From Psammoneis japonica (Eukaryota): DNA of 64,000 nucleotides. Position numbers and translations under genes: made by a program. Within the stretch, counting starts at the first letter, position 1; each line of letters starts with the position of its first letter. The notes under the pieces are model-generated. The model ran no database searches, was not told where the DNA came from, and saw only the letters and a program-made list of their open reading frames with translations. Where the stretch lies: assembly GCA_008632985.1 (NCBI GenBank), contig QPGO01000075.1, forward strand, positions 64,517 to 128,516, given 5' to 3'. Positions 23,009 through 34,767 of this stretch are shown here, piece after piece.

Positions 23009-24003
23009 GGTTGCGAATGGTGAGAGCTTTTTGTCGTCAGAAGATCAAGAGAGAAAATTGTGAGCCGTCTGGAAGGGGAAAGTGAAATGAAAAATGTGAG
23101 TGGTCGCGTAAACGAGTACCAAGACTGTGTGGAATATGGTGCTCACTCATACATGTCAACGCAACCTCTGAACTCTAGTCAAACTCTGGACATTTGCTTT
23201 CGTTCAGCTCTACGGAACTCGGCAGACAAAGAAAGTCACTGTGAAAAGATGGACCAAAACTCGGAGTCGATCGGTTTGCTCTCTAAGTGTTGCATGTTGG
23301 TCGCATTTTCGTTCCATAACAACACACGACGCGCGCTTTGATTCGCGACCACTATGGCAGATGTACACAAGACCTGTCTAAGTAAATTTCCCGCACGCGG
23401 TACGTATTGCCTTCACTTAGATGGATGAGTGATGGCGGATTCATTGCAAGAAGACTTGAGCATTTTAAATTGGTCGCACTCACTCTATGTAATCTTTTAC
23501 TTAGGCAGATCGTGAGGGTCGCAACGTCCGCGGCACAGAAACAACTACAGAGATCATCTACTGGAGCCCACAGGGCAACGTGACTGGTTCTTTTCTCTAA
23601 GCGAGAAATTTAATACCAACATTGTGGATTGCTACTTAGAGGAAGTCGTGAATAGAAATGGCGGGAAAACAAGGCTCAAAAGCGACCCCACCATATTATT
23701 TTCCTCGATGTAGCGGAGATATGGCTTTGTCAAGTACGCCGGACGATTTTGGTCCTCTTTTTCATCAATGACTATGTTTGAGAACCAGCGCCTGTACAAT
23801 TTCACAAGGAGGAATGCCAGTCTTAGCGACAATATGAAAGGGTACGACAAACTCCTGTATGCTACAGGCTCTCTGGTAGTCCTTTCGTTCACGAAAAATC
23901 TCGTTGGACCGGAGGAGCAATCACTTTTTCACCTCTCGAACTGCTCACAATTCTCTCTCTTGAGATTTCACAACCGCAGGAAATCATACTCTCATCCGAA
24001 ACC

Positions 24004-24534
24004 ATGAAGTTCTCCCTTGCCTCTACCCTCCCCATTGCGGCTCTCGCCTTGACCAAGTCCGCCGCCGCTACCCAGGATATCCACGAGTACACGACCTTTG
24101 ACATTGCTGGTGTTGCCGGTGAGATGGCATCCGCTGAGAAGGCCTTCTTCGAAACCATGCTTGTGGACACGTACAACCTCGTCCACTCGCACGAAGAAGG
24201 ACCTCAGACGGAAGCGACCTCCTTTGCCGTCGAAAGCCAGCAGAGCGAACGCCGAGCTCTCCGTGGTGAGACTACCGACGAATCGGTTCACCGTATGCTT
24301 CCAGGCAGGAACTGGGGCGGCGGAGTCTACGGCGGAAACTGCTTCCTCTGTTATGGAGGCCGTAAGCTTGCTGAGGGAGAGGAACGCGAGCTTCAAGATG
24401 CGATCCCAGGCGATAGCACCGAGCTTCACCGTCGCTTTGAGTTGACCTTCGCCGCTGTACTTCGTGAGGGCCCCTACAGCTACTTTCACGATGTTTCGGA
24501 CGTTGTCATTGACTTCGGTGCCACCCAGAACTAG
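24004..24534 (+). CDS. Small secreted protein with RXL sites and a CxxC motif (paralog B)
   Basis: Signal peptide; RALRG..HRML-PGRNWGGGVYGGNCFLCYGG-RKL; divergent partner of 22487-23008. Confidence 0.85.
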   Translation: MKFSLASTLPIAALALTKSAAATQDIHEYTTFDIAGVAGEMASAEKAFFETMLVDTYNLVHSHEEGPQTEATSFAVESQQSERRALRGETTDESVHRMLPGRNWGGGVYGGNCFLCYGGRKLAEGEERELQDAIPGDSTELHRRFELTFAAVLREGPYSYFHDVSDVVIDFGATQN

Positions 24535-24917
24535 CTTCTCTTCGGTGAATCTTATTCCTCAAGCTACTTCTTCGTGTGGGTGTGGTTCTATTTCCGGTTT
24601 CTTGGGACTTTCGAGTCGCGAGAGTATGTGTTTCGTGACGAGGATCTGTGGTGCTTGCAATCAACATGTATTGCATGCACCAGCCATTGAAATAGCTTTA
24701 GCGTAGACCTAATTGGATAACTACTAGACGTGTTGTCCCTATGGTATAATACAAGCTATGACTTGATCGTTCGTTCGACAGTTAGCTTTTCCCGGCAAAG
24801 AAACTTCGTCGAGCTAGTGCTACTTGACCTGTGCGTATTCCTGAGCAATTTCGAAATAATCTGGAAAACTCAAAACTCCCTCCGACAAGGAGAGCGAGGT
24901 GGCGAGCGCGAATGCGT

Positions 24918-25384
24918 NNNNNNNNNNNNNNNNNNNNNNNNNNNNNNNNNNNNNNNNNNNNNNNNNNNNNNNNNNNNNNNNNNNNNNNNNNNNNNNNNNN
25001 NNNNNNNNNNNNNNNNNNNNNNNNNNNNNNNNNNNNNNNNNNNNNNNNNNNNNNNNNNNNNNNNNNNNNNNNNNNNNNNNNNNNNNNNNNNNNNNNNNNN
25101 NNNNNNNNNNNNNNNNNNNNNNNNNNNNNNNNNNNNNNNNNNNNNNNNNNNNNNNNNNNNNNNNNNNNNNNNNNNNNNNNNNNNNNNNNNNNNNNNNNNN
25201 NNNNNNNNNNNNNNNNNNNNNNNNNNNNNNNNNNNNNNNNNNNNNNNNNNNNNNNNNNNNNNNNNNNNNNNNNNNNNNNNNNNNNNNNNNNNNNNNNNNN
25301 NNNNNNNNNNNNNNNNNNNNNNNNNNNNNNNNNNNNNNNNNNNNNNNNNNNNNNNNNNNNNNNNNNNNNNNNNNNNNNNNNNNN
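24918..25384. other. Assembly gap (N run)
   Basis: Run of n characters. Confidence 1.
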
Positions 25385-25772
25385 TACATTCGAAAAATTG
25401 AAAATTCAAAAAGTTGCGACGCACAACGCACATGCACACCATGACGCCAGAAGATAGACGACGCATTCACCGCACCTCCCACACACCATGGCACGACAGT
25501 TTACCGAAATCATTATAAGTGGTCGATATGATCGAAACGACCATGAATTTGATAAATAAAGGCGATGTATGGGAATGAATCGAAGGACAGGATGGTTTGT
25601 AATTATTGGCGATCACCACGTCACAATTTTCCGATGAAAGTGCAAAAACCCCACGAACGCGAATCTTTTAGATCGATATCAACTCGCATTGATGGGTCTT
25701 GCGTTGCTTTTCGATCGTTGTTCAACAATTTACATGAAACTTCACCAGGATAAACCTAAACCTGCTGCTGCC

Positions 25773-27529
25773 ATGTCTCGGTACGGTGCTGTTGAGATTC
25801 ACAGTGGAAACGCGGAGAACGACAATCGTGGGTCGAGCATCCAGAACAGCCGCGAGGCTGCCAAAAGAGCCGAGACTGTGGAAAAGACCGTTTTATACGG
25901 TATTTTGCTCTTTTTGGCCGCGATTGTTGTGGCGCTCCTCATTCCACCGCAAAGCTCAGGCAGTATTTCTTCTGCTGCATCTTCCGAATTGCTCAGAGAG
26001 TCGTCCTCCATGCACCATGACGAGAACGAACCTCTCTTTTACAATGAGCAGCTCGTGGATCATTTCGGCGATAACCATGGCCACGAAAAGTATTGGTCTC
26101 ATCGTTACTACAAGAGTACCAAGTACTGGGCAGGCGCTGGGTCTCCTGTTCTTCTGATTGTCGGAGGGGAAGGCAGTCTTGATCACGGCATGCTGTATCC
26201 CTTTGTGACGGAGCATCTCGCCAAGCGTTTTGGAGCCGCAGTGATTCAAGCCGAGCATCGCTTCTACGGACCATACAGGCCACTCAAGATGCTACGGTCA
26301 AGGACCTCCTTGAGTTGTTGACACCGCAGCAAGCCATGTCGGACATGATTCGTCTCTATACACATCATTTGAGGTCGACGGATTTCAAAGCGTGCTCGTC
26401 CGATAAGAGTTCATCCGACTATTGTCCATTCATTACTATTGGTGCTTCGTATCCAGGCTTTCTCTCTGCCATGTTTCGGCTGGTGCATCCTGATGTTGTG
26501 GATGCGGCATATGCCAGTTCTGCTCCGCTGTACATGTATGCCCAAGAGGGAGATCCCAATGTTTATTATGACATTGTCACCAAGGCGGCGGAAACAGCGT
26601 CTCCGGGATGCGCCCACTCCGTCAAGCTCACATTGGCCGAGACTGCAGCAGAAATGAGCAGGCCCAATCTAACACTCCAAGAAGCAGCAGCTATGATTGG
26701 TATTTGTCCCGACAAGATTCCCAAATCTGTGAAGACGCCCTCCGAGCTGAGCAGCAATGTCATAACGCTTGCCAGTTATGCGTTTGCAGACTTTGACATG
26801 ACGTATTATCCTCCGGGTCCAGACCAAGATCTCTACAAGGTGTGTAAGGTCTTTCAAGATCCCGACTTGGACTCGTTTGATACAATGTCGGCCTACTTCC
26901 AAGAGTCTGTCATGGCTGAAGTAGAGGAGGACCTTGGTTGTGACATGAAGTGGGTTACATGCACGCAAGAAGAAAAGCTTGCTGCGTACCGTGTTAAGAC
27001 GGATGGACGCGACTGCTACAATATGCTAGACGAAGACGATGACGAACCGGACAAGAGCAACAAGCATGGTATTGTCAGCGCCGATGATGGCACCATGTGG
27101 AACTTCCAAACCTGCACGACTGTTATTTTCGTCATTGGCTTTTCCGAGTCCAGCATGTTTCCAGTTATCAAGGACAACTCGTATGGGAGTTCCTTGCAAA
27201 AACTGAAAAAGGAATGTCTCGAAGAGTTTGGCATTTCTCCACGTCCTCACGAGTTGGTAGATAAGTGGGGGTTTGACGACTTGGTGGGACAGGGCGCAAG
27301 TCGAATCCTGTTTACCAATGGCCTTCTTGACATGTGGGCTGGAGGCGGTGTGCTGCAAGACCTTTCCGACTCGTTGTTAGCCATTACCTTTGAAAACGGT
27401 GCGCACCATAGTGACTTGACGCACGAAGGACCTTCGGATGCAGATACAGATGACATTCGTGAGGGATATGTCCAGATTACCTCTATTTTGGAAGGATGGA
27501 TCGAGGAAATCAAGAATGAGGTAGACTAG
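25773..27529 (+). CDS. Serine peptidase family S28 (prolylcarboxypeptidase/DPP7-like), one apparent frameshift at about 26288
   Basis: QLVDHF, GGEG, AEHRFYG, LTPQQAMSD, GASYPG, ASSAP, FTNGLLDMW and AHHSDL motifs split over two frames. Confidence 0.88.
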
Positions 27530-27674
27530 CCTCTAGGGAGGGCCGCCGCAAGAATTAGATATGATAGAATAGAATTGGGTTGCTATGTAGAAGTCAATGT
27601 AATGGCTATCTGTTTAGTGGGATGCCACTTTTTCGCTAGTTTATCTGCAAGAGTTGTTCTTGGATTGCTACTTA

Positions 27675-27850
27675 GACCTAGCTTAACCGGTAGAGGTTGT
27701 CATACCGGCAGGGCTCTCGCTCTCTACTAGCAGTCTAGCTAGCTAGAGAGTAGCTACCTATAGATAGAGAGGCACTTCTCTCAAGCTAGCTACTACTCTC
27801 TAGCTAGCTAGAGTAGAGAGTGCATTGCGGTGAAGTAGGGCTAGAGAGTG
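27675..27850. repeat. CTAG/AGCT-rich palindromic low-complexity tract
   Basis: CTAGCTAGCTAGAGAGTAGCTAC...CTCTCTAGCTAGCTAGAGTAGAGAG. Confidence 0.6.
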
Positions 27851-28041
27851 GGCTCCGCTTTTTATTTTTAATTCACTTTGCGGGCCACGACGGTCAAAGG
27901 CCAGACAGGCCATCGTCGTCCATTCACAAAATTGAAAATTTCCAATTTCATCTCGCTCCATCTCATTTTTCTCCTCATCGTTCTGTTTGTTTCACCAGCT
28001 ATTACTCTTTACTCTACTACTGCTAGCAAAACAATCGCAAG

Positions 28042-30813
28042 ATGGAATCGTTGTTGATGAGTGGTGACAATGGCGGAGGAATGGATCTCAATATTGTTGT
28101 GGAGAAACCGACAGCTTTAGCAACAAATAAGCCCCGCAAGCCCAAGAAACGCAACAAGTATGAGAAACGACGGGAGAAGGCACGTCGTGCACGAGAAGCG
28201 GCAGAACAAAATGAAACAATACAAATACTAACGAAAAGGAAGAGACGACTGAATTAGTTCCTTCTTTGCTAAATGATGCTGCTCAGAACGGCATTGTCCG
28301 AGGAAGAGACACACACGTCGATGATGATAAAACAACATCAGAAATTGTTCCGACCAGCGACACTCTATCGACAAGCCGACGTCGTCACGACGGAAAGAGT
28401 CTAGACACTGTCCAAAATCGAGCAAAGTACATGGCAGAGTTCCATGCTCGACCTCTGGAAATGGATCGTCGGAGTGGCGCAGTGTCGACCTTTGCGCGTT
28501 CCAAAGATTCCCAGCACATTTTTGATGATGCGTGTAACAACGAGAGTGATTCAACGACGACTCCGTGGTCCCATTTAAAGCTACAACCCCGAGTCGAATC
28601 TACTCTTGTGGGGCATTTCAAGCTGAGCAAGGGGCCCACGGTTGTCCAGAGCCGTTCAATCACGTCACTGACACATCAGAGTAGGCATAACTTGTTTGTT
28701 CAGAGTGAAACAGGAAGCGGGAAGACCCTAGCATACCTCGTCCCAATTCTTCAGGTAAGCAAGCTGTGTGTAGTCGTGTATGGAGTACCTCCATGACGAA
28801 TCTTTATACATTATGGTTAAGACATGAACTGTGCTCGGAACGGAGATCGTCGAATGGTATGGTTGAGCCACCGCGTCTTTTTTGAGATGTACGGTTGGCA
28901 CCTGTGCTTTGGTGACCTTGTTTCGAGTGCTTGATTACAAACTATTGTTTTGGAGAGGCCAATGTGTTCATTTGCATACCATTATCAATACTGAGGCATG
29001 GGCTTGCTCACTCTGCGTTGTTGTAATTCTTTAGAGTTTAGCCGTTGACAGCCAATCGGGTCAAGTGAAGCGCATTGATCGAAGCAAGGGGGGGACACGG
29101 TGCATTATTTTGTGTCCCACCCGAGAGCTTGCGTCACAGACAGCTTCAGTGGCAGAGCAGTTGTGCCGGTACTCGTATTCCTGGATTGTGTCTGGTTGCT
29201 TGTCTGGAGGCGAACGTCGTAAAAGTGAAAAGGCTAGAATACGCAAGGGTATTACAATTTTGATTGCTACACCGGGGCGCCTACTGGATCATTTGGGCAA
29301 GACGGAATCGTTGCTAATGGCACTCAAGGGAAAATTGGAATGGCTGGTTTTGGATGAAGCCGATAGACTGTTGGATATGGGACTTGGATCACAAGTGGAA
29401 CAGGTTGTGCAGCACGTCCGGGCAAATCAACCAAAAAGTGGTATCAATAAAGACGGTGTCACGTGGAGGAGTGTATTGGTGTCTGCGACAGTCACCAAGA
29501 GTGTGCAGGACTTGGCACAAACAATGCTAGGAGGAGACGAATGGAAATGGGCAAGAGGGGTCAAGGACGATAGGGTGGTCAAGGCGATTTCTGACGCGCA
29601 GGATGAAGCACAAGAAGAGAATGAGTTGACATTGGAGGATTCTACACCTCGGCAGTTGAAACAACTTCACATGACGGTAAACGCCAAGCTTCGACTAGCT
29701 GCACTTGTGGCGTTTTTGGTCCAGCGAGTCAAAAACAAGGAACGTACTGTTGTCTTCTTCTCCACTTGCGACAGTGTCGACTATCATCATGCTTTGTTCG
29801 AAAAGACGGATTCGCTTTTGGATGTAGCAGAGGATGACACGGATAGTGACAATCCAGTAGGCTTGTTTGGAAAGGCTTGTCAGGTTCACAAGATTCACGG
29901 TAGCGTTCGGCATTCGCAGAGACAGCAGATTTTGAGCAATTTCGCGTCCGCGCCAACCGCCGCTGTCTTGTTGGCGACTGATGTTGCCGCACGCGGTTTG
30001 AACCTGCCTGGTGTCGATTGGATTGTTCAGTACGACGCGCCCAGCGAGGTGGCAGATTACATTCATCGTGCTGGCAGAGCTGCGAGAGCCGGTCGTGCGG
30101 GTCACTCGCTATTGTTCTTGTTGCCATCGGAACGCGCATTCTTGAATGTATTGGAAGCCAAAGGACTAAAGGACATGACAGCTTTGTCTTTAGCATCCAC
30201 TCTGAATGGCGCTGCTGATATTTGCAAGGATACTTGTGAGTTGGGCGGCAATTCAAAGAACCAATCGAGACTCGGCGAAGCGTTTGGAACTTTTGTACAA
30301 AGGCGGTTAGAAGATGTTTTGGCGGAAGACGACGCCCGTCACCAAGAGGAGCAGAAAGCGCTTTTGGCTAAGAAGAAGAAACGCACCGCTGCCAAGCCCA
30401 AGAAATCGTCTGGTCCACTTTTGGAGATGGCTACCAAGGCATATTTTTCTTTCGTCCGGGCCTATCCCACAAAAGAAAAGGTTATACGTCACATATTCTC
30501 TGCTCGGGCCATTCATTTGGGACACATTGCGAGATCTTTTGCCCTCAAGGAACCTCCAAAGTCCCTTGCCGTGCGTGACAAACAAAGTGGTAAAAGCAAG
30601 GATGATGATTCTCAAAATCTGAAACGAAATGCATCTCTTGCCTTCCAAGAAACGTCTGACACGAATAAGAAAGCAAAGATGACCACATCAGAGGCTAATC
30701 GCAAGGAGTTACCCTCGAGTACAATGGATGATCGAATGAATCCAAAGCGTGCCCGTAGCATGCTTCTTGCCCGGGCTGCTCAGTTGCAAGGCGGTGGAAT
30801 GGACGCTTTCTAG
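28042..30813 (+). CDS. DBP7: DEAD-box RNA helicase DBP7/DDX31-like; intron at about 28755-29033; apparent frameshift at about 28240
   Basis: SETGSGKT, PTRELA, GGERRKSEKARIRKGITILIATPGRLLDHL, DEAD, SAT, HRAGRAAR and HLGHIARSFALKEPP motifs. Confidence 0.9.
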
Positions 30814-31237
30814 ACTAGAAGTTGCTGAATAGTATTTCACCTTGCAATGCTTAGCTTATAAATTAGGAGCTTCCTACCGTCGACTATGTACCTCGCAAGT
30901 AGTAGCTAAGCACTCTCATGAAAGACGACTTCGAGGTTGATGCCATCGGGGTCAAGAACATCAGAGGCTTATCGCAAGGAGTTACCCTCGAGTACAATGG
31001 ATGATCGAATGGATCCAAAGCGTGCCCGAAGCATGTTTCTTGCCCGGGCTGCTCAGTTGCAAGGCGGTGGAATGGACGCTTTCTAGACTAGAAGTTGCTG
31101 AATAGTATTTCACCTTGCAATGCTTAGCTTATAAATTAGTAGCTTCCTACCGTCGACTATGTACCTCGCAAGTAGTAGTCTTCTAAGCACTCTCATGAAA
31201 GACGACTTCAAGGTTGATGCCATCGGGGTCAAGAACA
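30685..31237 (+). repeat. Near-identical tandem duplication (about 273-bp period) of two convergent gene 3' ends
   Basis: 30685-30957 is repeated at 30958-31237 with about 6 substitutions and a 4-bp indel. Confidence 0.92.
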
Positions 31238-31705
31238 AATGCGCCGTAGTAGTTTGGGTGATAGGGACGTTTTCCAGGAGCACCATTATCTTTTCCTCCA
31301 GCGTCTAAGGCGGCCTTGTGAAAATCCTGCACATCTTTCTCGCTCGAGCCCTTGAATGCAACTAACATTACGAGTACAACAAAAAAGTGCGTGTAAGTGT
31401 AAGAGTAGCTTCTAAAAAGTAATCGCCAGTTTGCAGATCACCCTCAATCTCCGATCACCGAACAACATCGTACCATGAAAGTTCGTCGTGGCTGGGCCAT
31501 CCCCAGACAAAAAGAGATCTGGCTTTCCCGAAGCACCCAAGCCGACAAGTTTTGCTTCGGGCATTGCTACAATTTGGGTGTAACCCAGCGGGGCGAGGGC
31601 TGCAAGATAGAACTTGCTCGAAACGTCGAGATCCGACACGTGTATCATAATGTGGTCCAAGCCACTAGCATTTGTCTCTTTCAGTTCACCTGTGATCTCC
31701 GCCAT
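31183..31705 (-). CDS. Glyoxalase/bleomycin-resistance (VOC) family protein, 2 exons
   Basis: LDHIMIHVSDLDVSSKFY..ALAPLG, FH|VAF, AGGKDNGAPGKRP..YYGAFVLDPDGINLEVV. Confidence 0.9.
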
Positions 31706-32124
31706 GTTGTTGCCAATAAGATGTACACTCTGACATCTGAGCAGTCAAATGAATTTGTTCTTCTGGAGCGAAGAAAGCATTTCCAGGAGTTCCTTACTGT
31801 TCCAATCAATCTTCAATCACTTACGTACTCACTGCTTCCCTCTTCAAGAGAAGAAAACGGGCGTCCGCCAATGAGAATGTAACTGAGTGAGTCAGCATCT
31901 ATCGGGCGGTTGTCAGTTGTCACGGAATCGACAAACTATGGCGCGGAGGACGTTGCGCGCGCGAGCAAACGAGAACGGTTGTACGTATGTCTGTGGAATT
32001 GGGTGTCAACGGAGAGACGAATGACATATTATGCCTTGCGCGCAGGTGCCCCCGCGCGAACGTCGATTTTTTTCTGCAGTCGCTCCGCTCACCGCAACGC
32101 ACAAAAAAGCACAAAAACGACGCC

Positions 32125-34031
32125 ATGACAAACAAACTCAGTCGAATGAGAGCCGGCGGCGGCTCGTCGTACTCCCACGCCCCTCAGGCAATGGCTCCAA
32201 GTCACCATGATGATGTTGTGTCACAAGATTCATCAACAGTGTCTCCAGAGCGGGACCCACCAAGAGAAAGGACCGAAGTTCCAACGCGCGCCGAAACCAA
32301 GCCGACACCACCATCAATCCCTGTACCCGATCATATTCCTGCACTACCTCAGAAGCCACTGCTGCCTCCAAAACAGAGTGAGCTTTACAAGAAGGACTTG
32401 TCGGGTGCTGTCACAAAGCCAAGGGGAAAGAAGGTTGCCCCCCACACAAATGCAGTCGTGCTGGCGAACGAGCGCATTGAAAAATTGGAGAAGACTTTGG
32501 CAGAAAAGCACAACAGCCATGGACACTTGGAGGCAGCAGCGGCCACATCTGTTGATTCCATGTGTGACAATGTGAAGTCCATGCACAGCAGTCTTGTCAA
32601 GATGGCCCAGTCAAAGGCAGCGCTTCAAAACAAGTTCTGCGAAATTCAGAGCGCAAAGAATGCCGCGGTTGAGCAGTCGCGACGAGACAAGAAGGAGCTG
32701 GAGAGCATGGAAAAGGATTTGAAGAGAAAGAACAAGCAAATCAAGTCATTGAAACAGCAGCTTGTGGCAGCCAAAGAATCCAACAGGAAGAACAATGGCT
32801 CCAGCGACAATGCCTCGCAGGACGACGTGCATGAAAAGAAGAAACAAGCGAGCCTGTCACGTGTCGAAGAATTCAGGGTGAAAGAGCAAATCAAAGTTGA
32901 TTCGAAAAAGCAGGAGAAGAAGAATGCTTTAGATGCAAAGAAGGAACGCATGCAATCACTGCATGCTTCCAATGGGCAGTTCGTTGTGAGCATCACATCA
33001 TTGCTTTGTGCGTTCGTGCATCTTTCGTGTCTTTCATTTCTTTTTGATTTCTTTGACTCCACTCACTGGCCTTTTCTCTTCTTCCTCAAAAAGCTTGGTT
33101 CCGGGTGTCCAATGCCACATGGTCAGAGGCAGTCTGATGATTCCCATTGCCAAGAACAAACAAGGCGTCGTGGTCGTTCCCGCAATCGACGCCACAGCAG
33201 CAGTCATCGTGGTCATTCAAGAGGACACGGGAGCAGAGGCCGCAGCCGCTCTTGCCACAGTCCAAGCTCCAGCGATGGTGAGAGTGACTGCAGTGATTCC
33301 CATTGCTGCCACAATCGTTCTCGCTCTCGCCGCCGTCGCAGTCGCTCTCACCACCGTCGCAGCATCTCTCGCCGCGGTGAGAGAGCACTCGCGCCAGTGA
33401 CAGGGAGCACAGTCGCTCTGACAGCATCTCTCGCCGCGGCGAGAGTGCTCGCACCAGTGACAGGGAGCACAGTCGCTCTGACAGTGTCTCTCGCCGCGGT
33501 GAGAGCACTTGCGCCAGTGACAGGGAGCACAGTCACTCTGACAGTGTCTCTCGCCGCGGTGAGAGTGCTCGCGCCAGTGACAGGGAGTGCAGTCACTCTG
33601 ACAGCATCTCTCACCGCAATCAAAGTTGGTCTGGCCGAAGCATGGGTGACCAAGAAGAGAGGCGCTGTGTCACTGCTTCTAGTGGCTACAAAGACGATCG
33701 CCACTGCAACCAAAACCAACCTCCCAGCTCCTCCTCCCATGATCGTTGCAGCTCCCATGGACATGATGGAGGGCATGATGGAGGATGTGAGGAAGAGCCC
33801 GTGCATTCTGATGAAAACAGCATGCAGGAGAAGGAGAACTGCCATCCTGATGGCAAGGAGAATTCCTTTCAAAATGGCGTGGGGCCACATTCCTTCCCTG
33901 GTCCTCCAAAGAATCATCCTGCATTGACTGCACCATCCTTCTCATTGTCCAACGAGTCTGAAAGTTTGCAAGTCTACGAGGATGTTGCTTTGAACAATGC
34001 TTCTGTTGGACGTGAAGGCATGGATGTTTGA
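32125..34031 (+). pseudogene. Transposon-borne accessory ORF: coiled coil plus Arg/Ser-rich repeats; probable intron at about 32986-33093 and a 2-bp frameshift at about 33380
   Basis: Lys/Glu heptad region, then RSRSRRRRSRS and 20-aa repeats that continue in the 33642-34031 frame; Cys/His at positions where Tyr is plausible. Confidence 0.65.
33361..33617 (+). repeat. 60-bp tandem repeat, about 4.3 copies
   Basis: AG(CA/TG)TCTCTCGCCGCGGTGAGAG(CA/TG)CTCGCGCCAGTGACAGGGAG(CA/TG)CAGTCGCTCTGAC. Confidence 0.95.
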
Positions 34032-34084
34032 AGACGAATTTCTGCAGAACTCCTGCGTGAACCACTTGATGCTTTTGAAACCAA

Positions 34085-34459
34085 TCAAGACTCTCTGTGC
34101 TGGTGACCATGTTTGCATCTTGTCACCATTGCACTGTTCAGGTGTGTCAATCTAGATCCAACTCCGTCAGTTGTGGATCTGTCACTAAAAATCGCATCGT
34201 CCCTTGTGCTTTCTCGTGTGACAGTGCTCCGCAAAAAGTTAGTTTCATGTTCAAACACCCGGCACCATGAACAATGCGTGCCTGCTCTGTTCTCGCAAGA
34301 CATTGTTTTAAAGGACAGGAAACTGACAATGCTCACATCTTGCGTATTTTGTGGCTCTCGCCGGGGTAAAAGTCTAACTGCCGCATTTTTCGGATCAACA
34401 ATTTGAATCGAATGGATCCAATCTCGTAACGGCAAAGCAGCATCAATTTTTAGAGACAT
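34085..34459 (-). pseudogene. Possible third small ORF inside the transposon
   Basis: AAAAATG start (MSLKIDAALPLRDWIH...), about 124 codons, no recognised domain. Confidence 0.3.
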
Positions 34460-34767
34460 TTTTTGCGGGAAAACGCGTGTGTTTCCCTGGCATGGCAAGT
34501 CCCGGGTTTTCCACCAGCCGTCAGCCGTTGAACGGAAAGATCCAATGACCATTGATCATTGCTCAGAGGTTTTAGTCAGGATGTCAATGACTGTTCACCC
34601 TTCAAATGACATGTCCAACGGTTGGAGTTACATTGGCGTTTTCAAAAACCAGGGATTCAGTCCCGGGGTTCTGGCGCCCAGACATGCCTCTAGGGCCTGG
34701 AAGTTTCAACTGCATTTCAGTCCATTGTAGGTCATTCTACAGTGGAGCATTCTACAACAGAATGAGC

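Noticed and set aside
22469..24489. Antisense ORFs over the two secreted paralogs
   Set aside because: Shadow frames of strongly codon-biased genes.
24730..25494. Long ORFs spanning the N run
   Set aside because: Artefacts of the assembly gap.
26280..26320. Programmed frameshift in the S28 peptidase
   Set aside because: No slippery heptamer is evident, and similar single-base losses in other genes suggest consensus errors.
33361..33617. CRISPR-like array
   Set aside because: Contiguous 60-bp coding repeats without unique spacers, in a eukaryotic context with no cas genes. The same applies to 61675-62150.
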